DNA from: Callorhinchus milii
Lineage: Eukaryota
Direction: 5' to 3'
Length of the DNA: 64,000 nucleotides
Assembly (NCBI RefSeq): GCF_018977255.1
Contig: NW_024704742.1
Span: 84,570,001-84,634,000 of the forward strand
This document shows positions 12,231-25,087 of this stretch, in pieces. The translations under genes were made by a program, and so were the position numbers. A model generated the notes under the pieces. That model worked only from the letters and a program-made list of their open reading frames with translations. It was not told the DNA's origin and did no database searches. The stretch's first letter is position 1. Each line of letters starts with the position of its first letter.

Positions 12231-14175
12231 AAATCATGTAAACTATTCTCAACGCATAAACATTCCTGTGGTATTGGAGCTGGGATATGATGTGAGGAAG
12301 GCGACCGGTTTGGCAGAATGGAAAGATATTCTGGATTTTTTTTTCTCATTTGACTGTTGAGGTTTGCAAAGTCTCTATGCACCTGGGTCTCCTCAAGAAT
12401 GCTGATTGACTGAACGAAGCATATTTCCAATCAGCTATAATAAAGTGAATCACAGGGTGTTGGCACATTGTAGGAGGAGAGCTGCTGCAAGAATGCCTAG
12501 TTTGCAGATGCAAAGAACGTGTTTGGGCAAATGAACTAAAATGATTTTTTTTGCTACAGGGCGAACATTGGTAAAGTTACTTAAAGTGCACCAGTGATTA
12601 AAAATGAGGTAAATCAACATCACGGTTGGTGGGTTTGCTTTGTTTATCAGGGGAGCAGCTCACACAATTGGACACGCAATTCATTAATGCCACACTATAG
12701 CTAGTAAGGTCTACTTCTCTTTCATCCAGGAACAGAAGCTGGTTGACATCTGTAGATTGATGTTTGCCTATTACTTTCCTTAGTCAATTCAACAATAAAG
12801 ATGTCACAAACAGCTGCAAATGCACACGGGAGTTCTCTCCATCAGGCAAGTGAATATGAAACAGTCATGTCTGTTCTTGTGTGATATTGTTGCCAACTTC
12901 CTGATGCCGGCAGGCATTGCACACTTTAATTAATCAGTTAGTTTAATCATCCTGTTAAATTTTATACAGTCATTTGTTTGGTGGTGAAATAAAGCCAAAA
13001 GGACATAATAAATTATCACCGCATTTTGCAAATCAGTTTTCATCATTTTTTCCTGCTCCTCATTCTATGCGTCAAATGTGGTTGACTTTACTATGATTGT
13101 CTAAAAGTCTTTAAAGGGATACTACGTGCATTTGATATAGTGCCTTATCATATCTTCAAGACAACTCAAAGCGCTTCACAGAATATACTGTAAAGTGAAT
13201 TAACTGTATATTTTGTGAGCGATAAGCCCAAGAGTGGCATAAGTTTTTTTGTATATTTTGTATATTCGCCCACAAATATACAGTCCGCTTTGAGACGTCT
13301 AGAAGGCGTGAAAAGCGCTGTATCAAATGCAAGAATTATTGCTTTATTACTATTATAATTGGCTTTCCCCTCTTCCTTCCACAAATAGAGAGGTTCTACA
13401 CCTCCACAGGTTACCAGGAAGGGAGGCCAGGACACTGAACACATTTAAAATGCAGTTTAGTGCCTACAATGGGAGGCTTGCATTGCTATATACTAATTCA
13501 CTGAAATTCAGTAGTAAGGTACTGGTATTCCTACATACTATATGTCAGATCTGTTACCGTTGTTTAATTTACGTCAGTTATATAATATACTTCATTGCAG
13601 CTAACATATAAATGTCTAATTTGCATACAAACCGCACAAAACTCCTTTGTTATTGTACTGTGATTGATATTAATGAAATGCAAAGTGCTATGAATAACAC
13701 TTACAGCAGAAGATACTGAGTAGATCTGCAACCCAAGTATTTGTCCTTCAAAAGGAAGATAAGATACTCCACTTCACATTTATCTGAACTTCACATGTTT
13801 AAGCACACAAAAAAGTGACACAAAATCATTGGTAGATTTATTTTGATCTATTCCAACATTTAACAATTGGTAACTTATTGCTCAGGTAGTAATTATTAAT
13901 ACTCAGTGATTCATTAACAGTGCAAAATAATGAACAGGTAAAAATTGCCAAAGGTACATTTGACAAAATGTCAACTTTATGCTAAACTGCCAAAACATTC
14001 TCTTGGCCAGTTCCACTCTTGATAACCAAATCTTGCCTGACCAATCCTTTAAAACGGGTTTGAATTTAAATTTAAAGGGTAGCCTTTCAAGAAGTGGTTT
14101 ATTAGCCTATTCACTCTTCAATATCACCAGTCACTTTTTGGGAATGAAGAAACTGAGCAACCAAATTAAGTGAGT

Positions 14176-14935
14176 GAGCCTGACTCAGTCGATAGCACTC
14201 TCATCTCTGTTAAGCCTGTAGGATCAAGCTCCATGTCGGGACTTCAAGCTCATAGTCCAGGCTGACATTTCCGTACAGTGCTGGGGGAATGCTGCATTGT
14301 CAGAGGTGCCAATCTTTGGATGAGATGTTAAACTGAGGTCTTGTCTGCCTGTTCAGTTGGAAGTTAAATATCCCATGGCACTATTCATCAACAACAAAAT
14401 TACCTTTATAGAGCGCCTTTCACATCGGGAGCACGTCCCAAAGCACTGAACAGTCAGGTGTCGGGGCCCGAGCATGGGGTGGGGCAGGGCTGAGGGACGG
14501 CAGAGAGGTGGGAGGGAGACCAAAGGCACGGTCGAAGAGGAGGGTCTTGAGACCGACCTTGAAGGAGGCAAGGGAGGAAGCGAGGCGAAGGGACTGTGGG
14601 ATGGAGTTCCAGAGTGTGGGGGCAGAGAGGCTGAAAGCCCGGCCACCGATGGTAGGGTGGGTTGGGCGGGAGACATGGAGCAGACCAGAGCCTGATGAAC
14701 GGAGGGAGCGGGCAGGTTGGTAGGGAGTCAGCAGGTCAGAAAGAAAAGGAAGTTTCTCCTGTTATCCTGGCCAACAATTCCCCAGATAAAATGGGTCATT
14801 CACTTCATGGCTGTTTGTGGGATGCCTGCAGTCAAATTGGCTTCTTTGTTTCCCTACAAAATACCCAATCCCTACACTTTACAATAAGCACTTTGAAAGG
14901 TCTCAATGACTCTATATCAAAAGCAAGGATTATTA
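14176..14935 (+). mobile_element. Deu-domain SINE split by an L2 insertion
   Basis: Halves 14176-14388 and ~14737-14935 are colinear with 8468-8880. Confidence 0.8.
14389..14730 (-). mobile_element. L2 3' fragment (antisense) nested in a Deu-domain SINE
   Basis: Reverse complement of L2 3' coding region and tail; the host SINE resumes at ~14737. Confidence 0.85.
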
Positions 14936-17448
14936 AATTAAACCCTAGTAAATGGCTCTGAAGAAATCTTTGTTCTGAAAAAAACATGTTTTATACCATT
15001 GCTTAAAACTTACTCCTTGAGTTGAATAAACAGCTTTGAGCAAACATTCCATGTAAATCAGCTTATTGACATCAAAACATTCCCCCAACCTCTCTCTCCA
15101 TATACCCTCTTCCCCCAACACCCCCCCCCCCCCAAACCCTCGAACAACAATAACTTGCATTTATATAGCACTCCTCACACAGGATAGCTCATAAGATTTA
15201 TCTCCCTGATGCCCTTCACACTACCCAAACTCTCCCCTCCAACATCCACTTTCTCCTCTCCCACACATACTCTGTCAGAGCACAGTAAAGGAGGAGAGCC
15301 TCAGGGAACAGTGCTCTCTAGTGACTAGGGAGAGTGTCCTGTGTCTTAATGGGCAACAACCAGGCTCATCTGTGAAAGGGAAGCCAAAGGGATTGGTTAT
15401 GGGGAGAAGCCTCAGGATAAAGTCTAGAGAGGAGCAGCCAAGGGAGCTGAGGTCCTTTACCATTGGTGCCCTGTAGACATGTTCACCAGCTACAAAACAA
15501 CTTGATTTTATATAGCTCCCTTCAGCATCTCGGAGCGCTTAAATGGCTTCCCCATATATACACATACAGCCACGCTCACTTCTGTACCTGTTGCAATGTT
15601 ACAATGCAGGAAGCATTTCTTTATCTTCTGCTTCATAATTGTTCCCAAATTTTATCAGTGCCTTTGGACGTCCTCCTGACGTGAAAGGCACTATACAAAT
15701 GTAATTTTGTTGTTGTTGTTTATCAGCCTCATTGGACAAGCAGAAAGTTAAAAACTAAAACCTCTGAATCATTTTGGAGAGAGAAGATGCTGTGGACATC
15801 CTTGGACTTTGTCCCTGTGATTTGGCACAGAATGAAATGTGAAGCTAATGTTTTTGATTTTTTAGAAGTCTTTATTAATTGATGTGGATTTGAGACCTAT
15901 CAATGCACATAAGACTTAACTCCCTGATTTTGGAGGATTTTATACAAAGTGGGGTCATTAAGACATTGTAACATTTATACTGCAAAAGATTTTTTTTAAA
16001 TGAATAACTCATTTAGTCATTTAAAAAAAATCAAGCCCTGCACGTAAAAACTTGCAGGGCCTGGTGTGCCAATCTTTAGTAAGGATTGCTTAATCTAGCT
16101 GGTGGTCACAAAAAAATCTGTTGGAAACCGTATCTCTTCAAAGTGGTGGTTTGATTAAGTACCAAAGGCCAAGTCTGCTTACACCTTTCAGAATTGGCCC
16201 TAAAAGGACAAATCTAATTCACATGAAAGCTAATTTTACAATATTGCATGATCACTAGACAGATTATGATGAAGACCCTATTCTGGAAGGATTTGATTTC
16301 ATCCTTCCAGAATAACTGTCTTTTTTTGGTCGGCCAGTTGTCTGAAATATGCGGAAACCCATCACTATGCTTAAGAGTATCCAAACCAAGCTGAGATTTC
16401 CATGCATCCCACCTACACATGGAAATCCCAGAGAGAGATTGTTGGAATGGAATGCACACTCTCTCCCTGGAGGGATACAATAACTGCCCTACTGTCTTCC
16501 CTTTAAAGCTTTGAGCTGTTCTTGAGTGAGTCCAAAGTCATGGCCTCAACTGGTCTTCCTGGTAACCCAACAACAGGAAGTATTCTTTACTCAAAGAGTA
16601 ATCAACTGCCATATATATTGTTATGTATTTACAATGAGGAGAAGTTTATCTTAAATAAAATATTGGTATGGATGAGGCGTTGAATATTTAATATATAGAA
16701 GTGAAGTTTCCCTTGTGCAAGATCTGAAACAATACAAAGATGACCAGTTACTATATATATATATTATATTGGGAACTAAAAGTACCGATGGCATTTGGTC
16801 TTATCTGGATTAACAGCTAACTCCCCTGCACATGGAGCTGTATTTATTGTTCACTGAGGTGACTGACAAGGATTGTGACGCAGGCTGCATCTATTTTTGT
16901 TAAAAATGAAACAGTTTGATTAACTGGGAATGGAAAAACACTGAGGAAAATGCCTAACAAAAGCGGCTTTGTCTGGTGGAGCTGCATACTTTAGTACATG
17001 AAGTACTGTGTCAAGGAGCAACAGATAGGGGAGCATTGCACCTGGCACCATGTCAGCTTCAAAACAGACTCGTAAAGTACTCGGCAACAGGATACTGCAG
17101 CGATGCTGGATGGGTACCAAGCAATGGTCTGAAGCAGGGAGTTAACAGAACAAAAGCCCTATGCTGGACTTACTAATAGAGCACAAGGCTGGGCAAATAA
17201 AGGAGAAAATGAATAGAGCCTCCAGAGTGAAACAAGTGTCTGCAAACCAAATAGAAGATGGAAAAGGGGAAAACCTTAATTTGATTGTTATCTTACTGTT
17301 AATCAAGTATCCAGCAATGCCTGAAAACACCGGTTCTACTTGTTTGCACATTTCAATGTAAATTTTGCACTGAAAGTAGTTTTATCATCATGGCATCAGT
17401 TGAGAGAAGCAGTGTGAGACCATTTAGGACATTTGACCCCAATCGGTC

Positions 17449-17772
17449 AATAATAATAATAATAATAATCCTTGCATTTGATATAGCGCTTTTCACGTCG
17501 GGAGGACGTCCCAAAGCGCTTCACAGAACACACTGTAAAGTGAATTGACTGTATATTTGTGGGCGAACGCGGCAGCCAATTGCGCACAGCAATGTCCCAC
17601 AAACAGTCGTAGATTGAAAATGACCAATTTAATTATTGTTTTTGGTTTTTTGGAGGGATTATTATTAGGCGTGTGGAGTAAGGAAACTTGCCCAAGGTTT
17701 CGCCCTGCCTGGAATTGAAATCAGGTCTCTCACTTGCAAAGCGAGTGCTCTAACCACTGAGCTACAGGACTC
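17449..17772 (-). mobile_element. SINE family A (full length)
   Basis: Near-identical to 1260-1571. Confidence 0.92.
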
Positions 17773-20700
17773 CGTCACCACAAGGTGATATCTCGCTCAA
17801 TAAAAACAGAGGAAGGAGTGTTATTTATCGCAGTTTAAACAATAAAGTTTATATTTTTTTTTGAAATGCATGAAATACTCATTTCATTTTCATTTTCGAT
17901 TGGATTAAATAAATACCCAGTTCTATCGCTCCTTCCTCTAGTCTTTTTGATCATGCACGAGAACGCCACCGAGCAGTGATCGACCAGTTGGAGAACCCTG
18001 CTCTACGACACATCACCAGTTACATAATCACTGCCTGTGAACATATGACACTTTATATTTAAAACATTTTTGTGGGAGGGGTGCTGGGGGTATGGGACCA
18101 CCCTTAATGTTTTTAATGTTAGTAGAACTGTGAGCCCCACTGACTGTTCATCAACATTAAAAATGAACTAGTGTTCAAGCATGGGCTCCACAGAACTCAA
18201 GATTCTACTTCACCTCCACCCAGCACAGAGCAAGAGCAAGAGTTGTCCCCAGTGTAACTCCAGACTGCTAAAATTTAAGCACTTTCACGAACATGGTTTC
18301 ATAGTGCAGTCTCAGCACCAATATGGTAACGTGCATCTGATAAGAGTCAAAATTTGAGGTCATACTTGCCAGACGGGTCAAGAACAAGATAAGTCAAAAT
18401 GGTTGATAAGGTGACATATTTAAGATAAGTTGTTTTCAAAAGCGAAGGCATTGATCATGCAGTTTTTGTACTTTATGCAGTTCTTTTTTTCATGGGTTTT
18501 TCATTTTGTAATGCTGCAATTAACAAGAAAGTAAAAATAAACACTAACACTGAAAGAAGAAAAAGGGAACTTGTAAATTCAAAAAAGGAGAAATAAAACA
18601 TATTTAGAATCAACAAATATATTTATACTCAGTATGATGTATGTTTGGTTGAAAGCACTTCCTACCAGATCTGGAGGCATGTCCAAGATAGAGTGAGAAC
18701 ATCCCAAGGGGACTTGGGTTAGGTTAGAGGTCTCATGTTTCATAAAATGTCACATTAATGATACCCAGCTCCATTGTACATGCACCGATCCTGCACTGTC
18801 ATGTCTCATGGGAGGGTGATCTCTAATTATATTTGCGCAATTGTGCTGCCATTTTCACCTACAAATGCACAGTCATTCCATTTCACAATAATTTCTGTGA
18901 AGGACTTTGGGATGTCCTCCCAACATGAAAGGTGCTATACTGTATTAAATGCAAAGATTATATTATTATTATTTGGCATATTCTTTGTAGATTACTAGCT
19001 TTCTTTACTTTCCTATCAATTAAAGAAACGTGAATACATATTGGAACACTGCAGTCTCTGTCCCTGTGCCTAGCATTATAAACATATTAAATAAAATAAT
19101 ATATATCCCTAAAAGGACATATACGTATTTGTTTACCCTGTTGACTACACAGACCTCACAACCTTCTGCAGAAACTTAATGAGTAAACTAGGAACAGCAA
19201 TGACAACACAAAGCTCCAGACATAGAGTGAGACAGTAATAAATCAACGTCTTAAGAATAGGAACAATTTTTAAATTATGATTGATTGTTCCTTTGTTGAT
19301 CATGTAAATTACTATATTATCTATATTAACAATCATAATCCTGTAATGTGCAGTGTGTTTTGTGGGCAAAAGTATGTAACATATCTAATAAGGGATAGAG
19401 GCCTCAATTTTCTATTGATAGCTCTGAATTGGAAACATTATGATGACATTAACAAAAGGAGAAAGTGGCTATGAGACCAGGAAATCATCATAACTGATTG
19501 TATGATAAAACATTTGTTAATAGGTTAACTCAATTTAGGTTCATTATTTTTTAAGATCTGTTTAATAATAATAATAATATTTTCTTGGTCTGGTCACTAG
19601 GGAGAGAACTACAGCCTGGGAAAATACTGTATCCAAGTGAATCAAAAAGCATTATTTTTGTTCCTTCCTCTGCATCAATCACACTGGTAAAAGGTAAACG
19701 TAGCTCAACTTCAATTTTCCAGTTAGCAAGTTAAAATAACAAACAATTCAATCTTATCTGAGAATGAACCAAGCAAAACTTGTCTTGGCTCAGTGCTATT
19801 TGAACCACCCAAATGCAGATAAGATCACATCACAAGCCTCTGGTGAACACTCATACTGATCACAGTATTGAGGCATATATATATTATATATCTGTCTGTA
19901 AAACAAATGTTACTGCTCAAATTCATAAGTAAACGTATCACATGGAGGGATAACGGCACTTGTGAAGCACATCAAGGCATTTTGATATTCTAGGTACCAT
20001 AACTGTCATTTCAGGCCAGTGGGCTGTAGGTTAGCCACGTCTGTCCTATAGTTTCACTTTCCCACCCCCAGTCCCTCCACTTCACCATCTCCAGCCTACT
20101 TCATTATCGTCTTCCATTCTACTCCAGCATTCAGTGGACGAGCTTTCAATCATTTTGTCCCCACTCTCTGGTACTCCTTTCCAAAATCCCTTCACCTAAC
20201 TCACTCCCTGATTTCAAAGCATGTCTAATGCATGTCTCTCTTTGACTGTGTCTCTCTTTAACCCCTTGGGCTATTTGCTGCCAATCGCTCGCAGCTCCCA
20301 GCCTGCACAGGTTTCCATTTCTTGTACTTTGTCACAATCCTCCGATGTGAAACGTGCTACATACAACAATTTGCATTTATATAGAGCCCTTCACACCGGT
20401 TAGCGCTCCCAGTTATTTACAACAACACATAACTGGGAGGTTACTATGAAATTAGTGACGATAATTTTAAATTAAACAGGTAATTAACCAGGGACTTATG
20501 GAAATAGAACAGGATAAAGATCTTAATATGAGAAATTCTGCAGGCTCTGGAATATACTGTCACCTAGTGTTGAAAACACAGCCAACCAAAGCTTTCAAGA
20601 AGGAATTTTACAGGATTCTAATGCGGGAGGTAGGAAATGGAATTTTTAGTTTAGAAACTCTGGAAAATGACAGTGATGGTCTGAACTGGTCCTCATTTCC

Positions 20701-20829
20701 ATTCCCTTAGGATATTAATAATAAAAATAATAATCCTTACATTTGATATGCTGCATTTCCCGTCAGGAGCACATAACAAAACACTTCACAGGATTTAATG
20801 TGAAATGGAGTGACTGTGTGTCCAGGTGT

Positions 20830-22340
20830 AGAAGATCCAGATCTAAATAGAGATCGAAATCAAGGAGAGATTAAGTGGAGATCCATTACCAGATGGAGCC
20901 TTATATTTAGAGTCTTATTTGGATACTCATGGGTGTGGATTTCTGCGTGTCAGCCAACCAGCTGACCAAAAAGAAACTCTGTTCCTGAAACATTTGCTCA
21001 AAAAAGCAGCTGGTGCTGGTACAGTAAACAGCATTGGTGGCTGGCCCATCACAAGTTGTTCTGTAAAGGTGCTCCCACCACCCTGAAGGCAGATGCCCGC
21101 CAGATAACTGATGAGGAAACTCTGAGGCTTGGGGCGACAGCTGCTGGAGTACAAGTTTCATGAACACATGTTCGTACGCCCAATGCCTGGAATCAATCTC
21201 GATTGGCCTGCAGAGAGGATCAGCACCTGCTGCTTAAACTCCGCACTTCTAATTGGTGAAACCATCGCTCAATGGAAAGGGACGTGTGCCCAAGATGCAG
21301 ACAGGAAGATGGTGGCAATGCTCTCACGCATCTCATGAGAGCTTGCTGGGAGTTCCTGGTATCTGCCATCCACCTAGTGAGGGCTCAAACCCACACTTGT
21401 TACAATAATAATAATCCTTGCATTTGATATAGTGCTTTTCACGTCTTCTCGATGTCTCAAAGCGCTTCACAGAATATACTGTAAATTGAATTGACTGTAT
21501 ATTTGTGGGCAAAACGCGGCAGCCAATTGCACACAGCAGTGTCCCACAAAACAGTCATGGATTGAAGTGAACAATTTATTATTTTTTTCTTGAGGGATTA
21601 TTATTAGGCATGTAGAGTGTCTGCATGTGTACTTGCCCAAGGTTTCGCCCTGCAGGGAATCGAACCCAGGTCTCTTGCTTAAGAGGCGAGTGCTCTAACC
21701 ACTGAGCTACAGGACTCCACGATGTCAAATGACCAACTAGTGACTGTCCTCCTTGGGGCGCGGGGGGAGGTAAGCATGGAGTTGAACTGGCTCCAAGGTG
21801 ATATGTCTGACAACAGAATGCCGGAATCAAGCCAGATTTCTGTGGCAGTCTCGGTAGTCCAATTCCTGAGCCAGGCGGGTCCGCAGTATTCCAGGACACA
21901 GCTGATAACAGCACAGCCAGCCTGGATCAGCAGGATCTGCGAGGGCAGACCAGTGACCGGGGGCAGGGAGTCATCCCACTCAACTCCTGTCCAAGCCAAA
22001 GCCCTAACGGGTAGGGTGGTCCTAGCTGGACAAGCAGCGGGAAAACTTGCTGGACAGCAAAATGAATGGCAAGCTATGCGGTTTTAGCTGGTTAGAGTCC
22101 AGCAGTGCCTCAACACACACTCTGGGGTCCTCAAGCCTTGGTTCTTGCCAATCTGTGCCTAATACTTTTCGGATTAAGGTAAGCAGGATGTGTCCCTCCA
22201 GGGAGAGAGTGCATATTCCATTCCAACAATCTATCTCTGGGATTTCCATGTGTAGGTGGGATGCATGGAAATCTCAGCTTGGTTTGGATACTCTTAAACA
22301 TTGTGATGGGTTGCTGCATGTGCCAAACACTCGGCTGCCC
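20830..22340 (-). mobile_element. Highly degenerate non-LTR retrotransposon remnant of a non-L2/CR1 type (Vingi/Ingi/RTE-X-like, uncertain), split by a SINE at 21404-21718
   Basis: Antisense ..AVISCVLEYCGPAWL.. resembles the RT-thumb LEYC-P-W motif; a ~150-bp part recurs inverted at ~16330-16480. Confidence 0.4.
21404..21718 (-). mobile_element. SINE family A (full length)
   Basis: Same structure; variant anticodon loop and variant tail loop. Confidence 0.9.
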
Positions 22341-22459
22341 TCCCCCACCACCAAAAAAACTTGCAAAAATCCAAAACATGCTTATCTGTTCCCCTTCTAA
22401 ATCCCTCTAAATTCCCTCCATTTGTTGCTCAGTGTCCACTACTCCAATTGTTATGTGCT

Positions 22460-24250
22460 TTAGAATCATAGAATTATAGAATCATAGTATACAGCATGAA
22501 AGGAGGCCACTCAGCCCATCGTGTCTGCGCCGGTTCTTTGAAAAGAGCTATCCAATTCAATCCCACTCTCCCGCGCTCTCCCCATATTCCTGCAAACGTG
22601 TCCTCCCCAAATAATCATCTACTTCTCCCTTAAAAGTTATTATCGAATTGGTTTCCACCGCCCTTTCAGGCAATGCATTGCAGATCCGAACAATTCGCTG
22701 TGTGAAAACATTTCTCCTCACCTCTGTTTCTTTTAACAACTATTTTAAATCGGTGTCCTCTGGTTACCGACCCACCCGCCAGTGGAAATATTTTCTCCTT
22801 GTTCACCCTATCAAATCCCCTCATAATTTTGAAAACTTCTATTAAGTCTCCTCTTAACCTTCTCTGCTCCAAGGGAAATACTCCGAGTTTCTTCAAGCCT
22901 CTCCTGATAACTGAAGTTCCTCATTCCTGGTGCCATCCTGGTAAATCCCCTTTGCACCATCTCCAATGCCTTGACATCCTTTCTAAAGTGTGGTGCCCAG
23001 AACTGATCACAGTCTCTCGCAGAGGCCTATCCAGGGTCTAAACATTCATCGTAACTTCCTGACCTTTGTATTCTATGCCCCTATATATAAAGCCTAGTGT
23101 CCCTATGCTTTTTTTAACAGCTTTATCTACCTGTCCCGCCACCTTCAAAGATTTACTTATGTCAACCCCCAGGTCTCTCTGTTCCTTCACCTCCTTTAAG
23201 ATTGTACCTCAGCTTATATTGCCACTCCTCGTGCTTCCTCCCAAAATGCATCACTTGGCATTTCTTCACATTAAACTTCATCTCCACGTGTGAGGATCCT
23301 CATCCTCACCTACAAGGCCATTCACGGCCTCGCTCCCTCCTACCTCTCTGACCTACTATCCCCCTACCTTCCTGCCCGTACCCTCCGTTCCTCTGGCTCC
23401 AGTCTGCTCCACGTCCCCCGCCCCAACCGCCCTACCATCGGTGGTCGGGCCTTCAGCCTCTCAGCCCCCAGGCTCTGGAACTCCATCCCCCAGTGCCTTC
23501 GCCGCCTCCTCCCTTTCCTCCTTCAAGGCCGGTCTCAAAACCTTTCTCTTTGACCGTGCCTTCAGCTCCCCTCTCGACTCTCTACCCCCTCCTCGCTCCC
23601 TCCCTTCCCTCCCCTCACCCTGACCATTTCCCCCCTGCTCGGGTCATGACCCAACTGTGCAGCGCCTTGGGACGTCCTCCCGACGTGAAAGGCGCTCTAT
23701 AAATGGAATCTTGTTGTTGTTCTCTGTCCATTTTCCAATCTGTCTATGTCCATCTGCAGTCTGCCATGTCTGCATCTGCAAACTTGGAAACTGTACTCCT
23801 TATACCCAAATCCAGATCATTTATACAGATCAAAAATAGCAGTGGTCCCAGAGACACCACTTCACACTTCCCTCCAGTCAGAAAAAAAACGATCACCACC
23901 ACTGTATCCAGGCTGTCACTGTCCCTTTAATACCGTGGGTTTCTATTTTGCTTACAATTCTCTAATGTGGCACTTTATCAAATGCCTTTTGAAAATCAAT
24001 ATAAACTACATTAACTGCACTACCTGCATCCACCCTCTCCGTTACTTCATCAAAAAACTCTATCAGGTTTGTCAGACATGATTTGCCTTTAACAAATCTG
24101 TGTTTATCAACCCTTATTTTTCTAAGTGAAAATTTATTTTGTCCCGGATTATCGTCTCCAGAAGTTTTCCCGACGTTAGGCTGACTCGCCTGTAGTTCCT
24201 GGGTTTATCCTTCTTCCCCCTTTTTGTACAGGGGAGTAACATTTGCAAGA
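22460..24250 (-). mobile_element. CR1-clade LINE fragment (antisense, internally deleted), split by the L2 at 23295-23721
   Basis: LEQRRLRGDLIEVFKIMRG...TRGH and KDKPRNYRRVSLTS-GKLLETIIRD motifs; (TTCTATGA)-like tail at 22460-22490. Confidence 0.9.
23295..23721 (+). mobile_element. Young L2 3' fragment nested inside an antisense CR1
   Basis: Near-identical to the 3' end of 29452-32350; CR1 sequence resumes on both sides. Confidence 0.92.
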
Positions 24251-24706
24251 GGATTGAAAGACAATCTGAGCTGAGCAGCCGGAGGCTTTTCCTACACACG
24301 TGTCTGTCCAGGGCACATAAAGCATCCTGGAGTTCCTACATGGCACATGTGGTGCATGCAATGTGTCAGCTGCTCTGCCATATTCCCAGACATGTTTTAT
24401 ATTATTTTAATATATCTGTTATATATTTTACAATTATGCACCTCTTTCCCCCTCTGCACTGAATTACCACTCTCAGCAAATTCCTTAACTGTATTCTCAC
24501 TCTGTTCCACCTCATTCAGTTCCCTCCTCACGCTGCTGGGCTCTCTGTTTCTTTAGCGTTTTCTTTTGCATGAATGGATTGTATTCATTCAAGTTATCTA
24601 AACAGCACCATGAATCACATGTGCAGAACTCCAAAATAGGGCACTAATGTGTTCTTAATACCCCTGATGCAGTGCACGGCAGGATATATAAATCAAACTT
24701 CCTGAT

Positions 24707-24900
24707 GATAATAATAATGCTTGAATTTGATATAGTGCCTTATCACAGCTTCGAGATGTCTCAAAGCGCTTCACAGAATATACTGTAAAGTGAATTGACT
24801 GTATATTTTGTGGGTGAAACACGGCAGTCAATTGCGCTCAGCGGCGTCCCACAAACAGTTATGGATGGAGTGAGTAGCCAAATTTTTTCAAGGAATTATT
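24707..24900 (-). mobile_element. SINE family A 3' part (similar partial copies at ~10610-10760, 34915-35045, 45005-45170, 49645-49850, 59077-59250 on -, and 36150-36265 on +)
   Basis: ataatccttgcatttgatatag...gcgcttcacagaatatactgtaaagtg signature. Confidence 0.85.
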
Positions 24901-25087
24901 CCCAACGGACCCACCGATGGGCTAACAAGCGGATTCCTGCTCACTGCGAGGTACACAGAGGAAACATACAAGAAGCAATGCACTGATGTTATTGCATGGC
25001 GTTGCAGAAAAGAGACCAATGCAGTCAGTGCCTCCGGGATATGGAGTTGCTGTCCCTGTCCTGGGGCTGATCTGTCCACAGTGACAC

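Noticed and set aside
715..20710. Numerous 60-125-aa ORFs upstream of ECPAS
   Set aside because: No recognisable domains, many start at non-ATG codons or overlap repeats; consistent with chance ORFs.
21679..21999. BEL/Pao LTR element suggested by WDDSLP and GPAWL
   Set aside because: Motif spacing is too short and there are no RNase H or integrase motifs or LTRs; LEYC-PAW fits a non-LTR RT thumb better.
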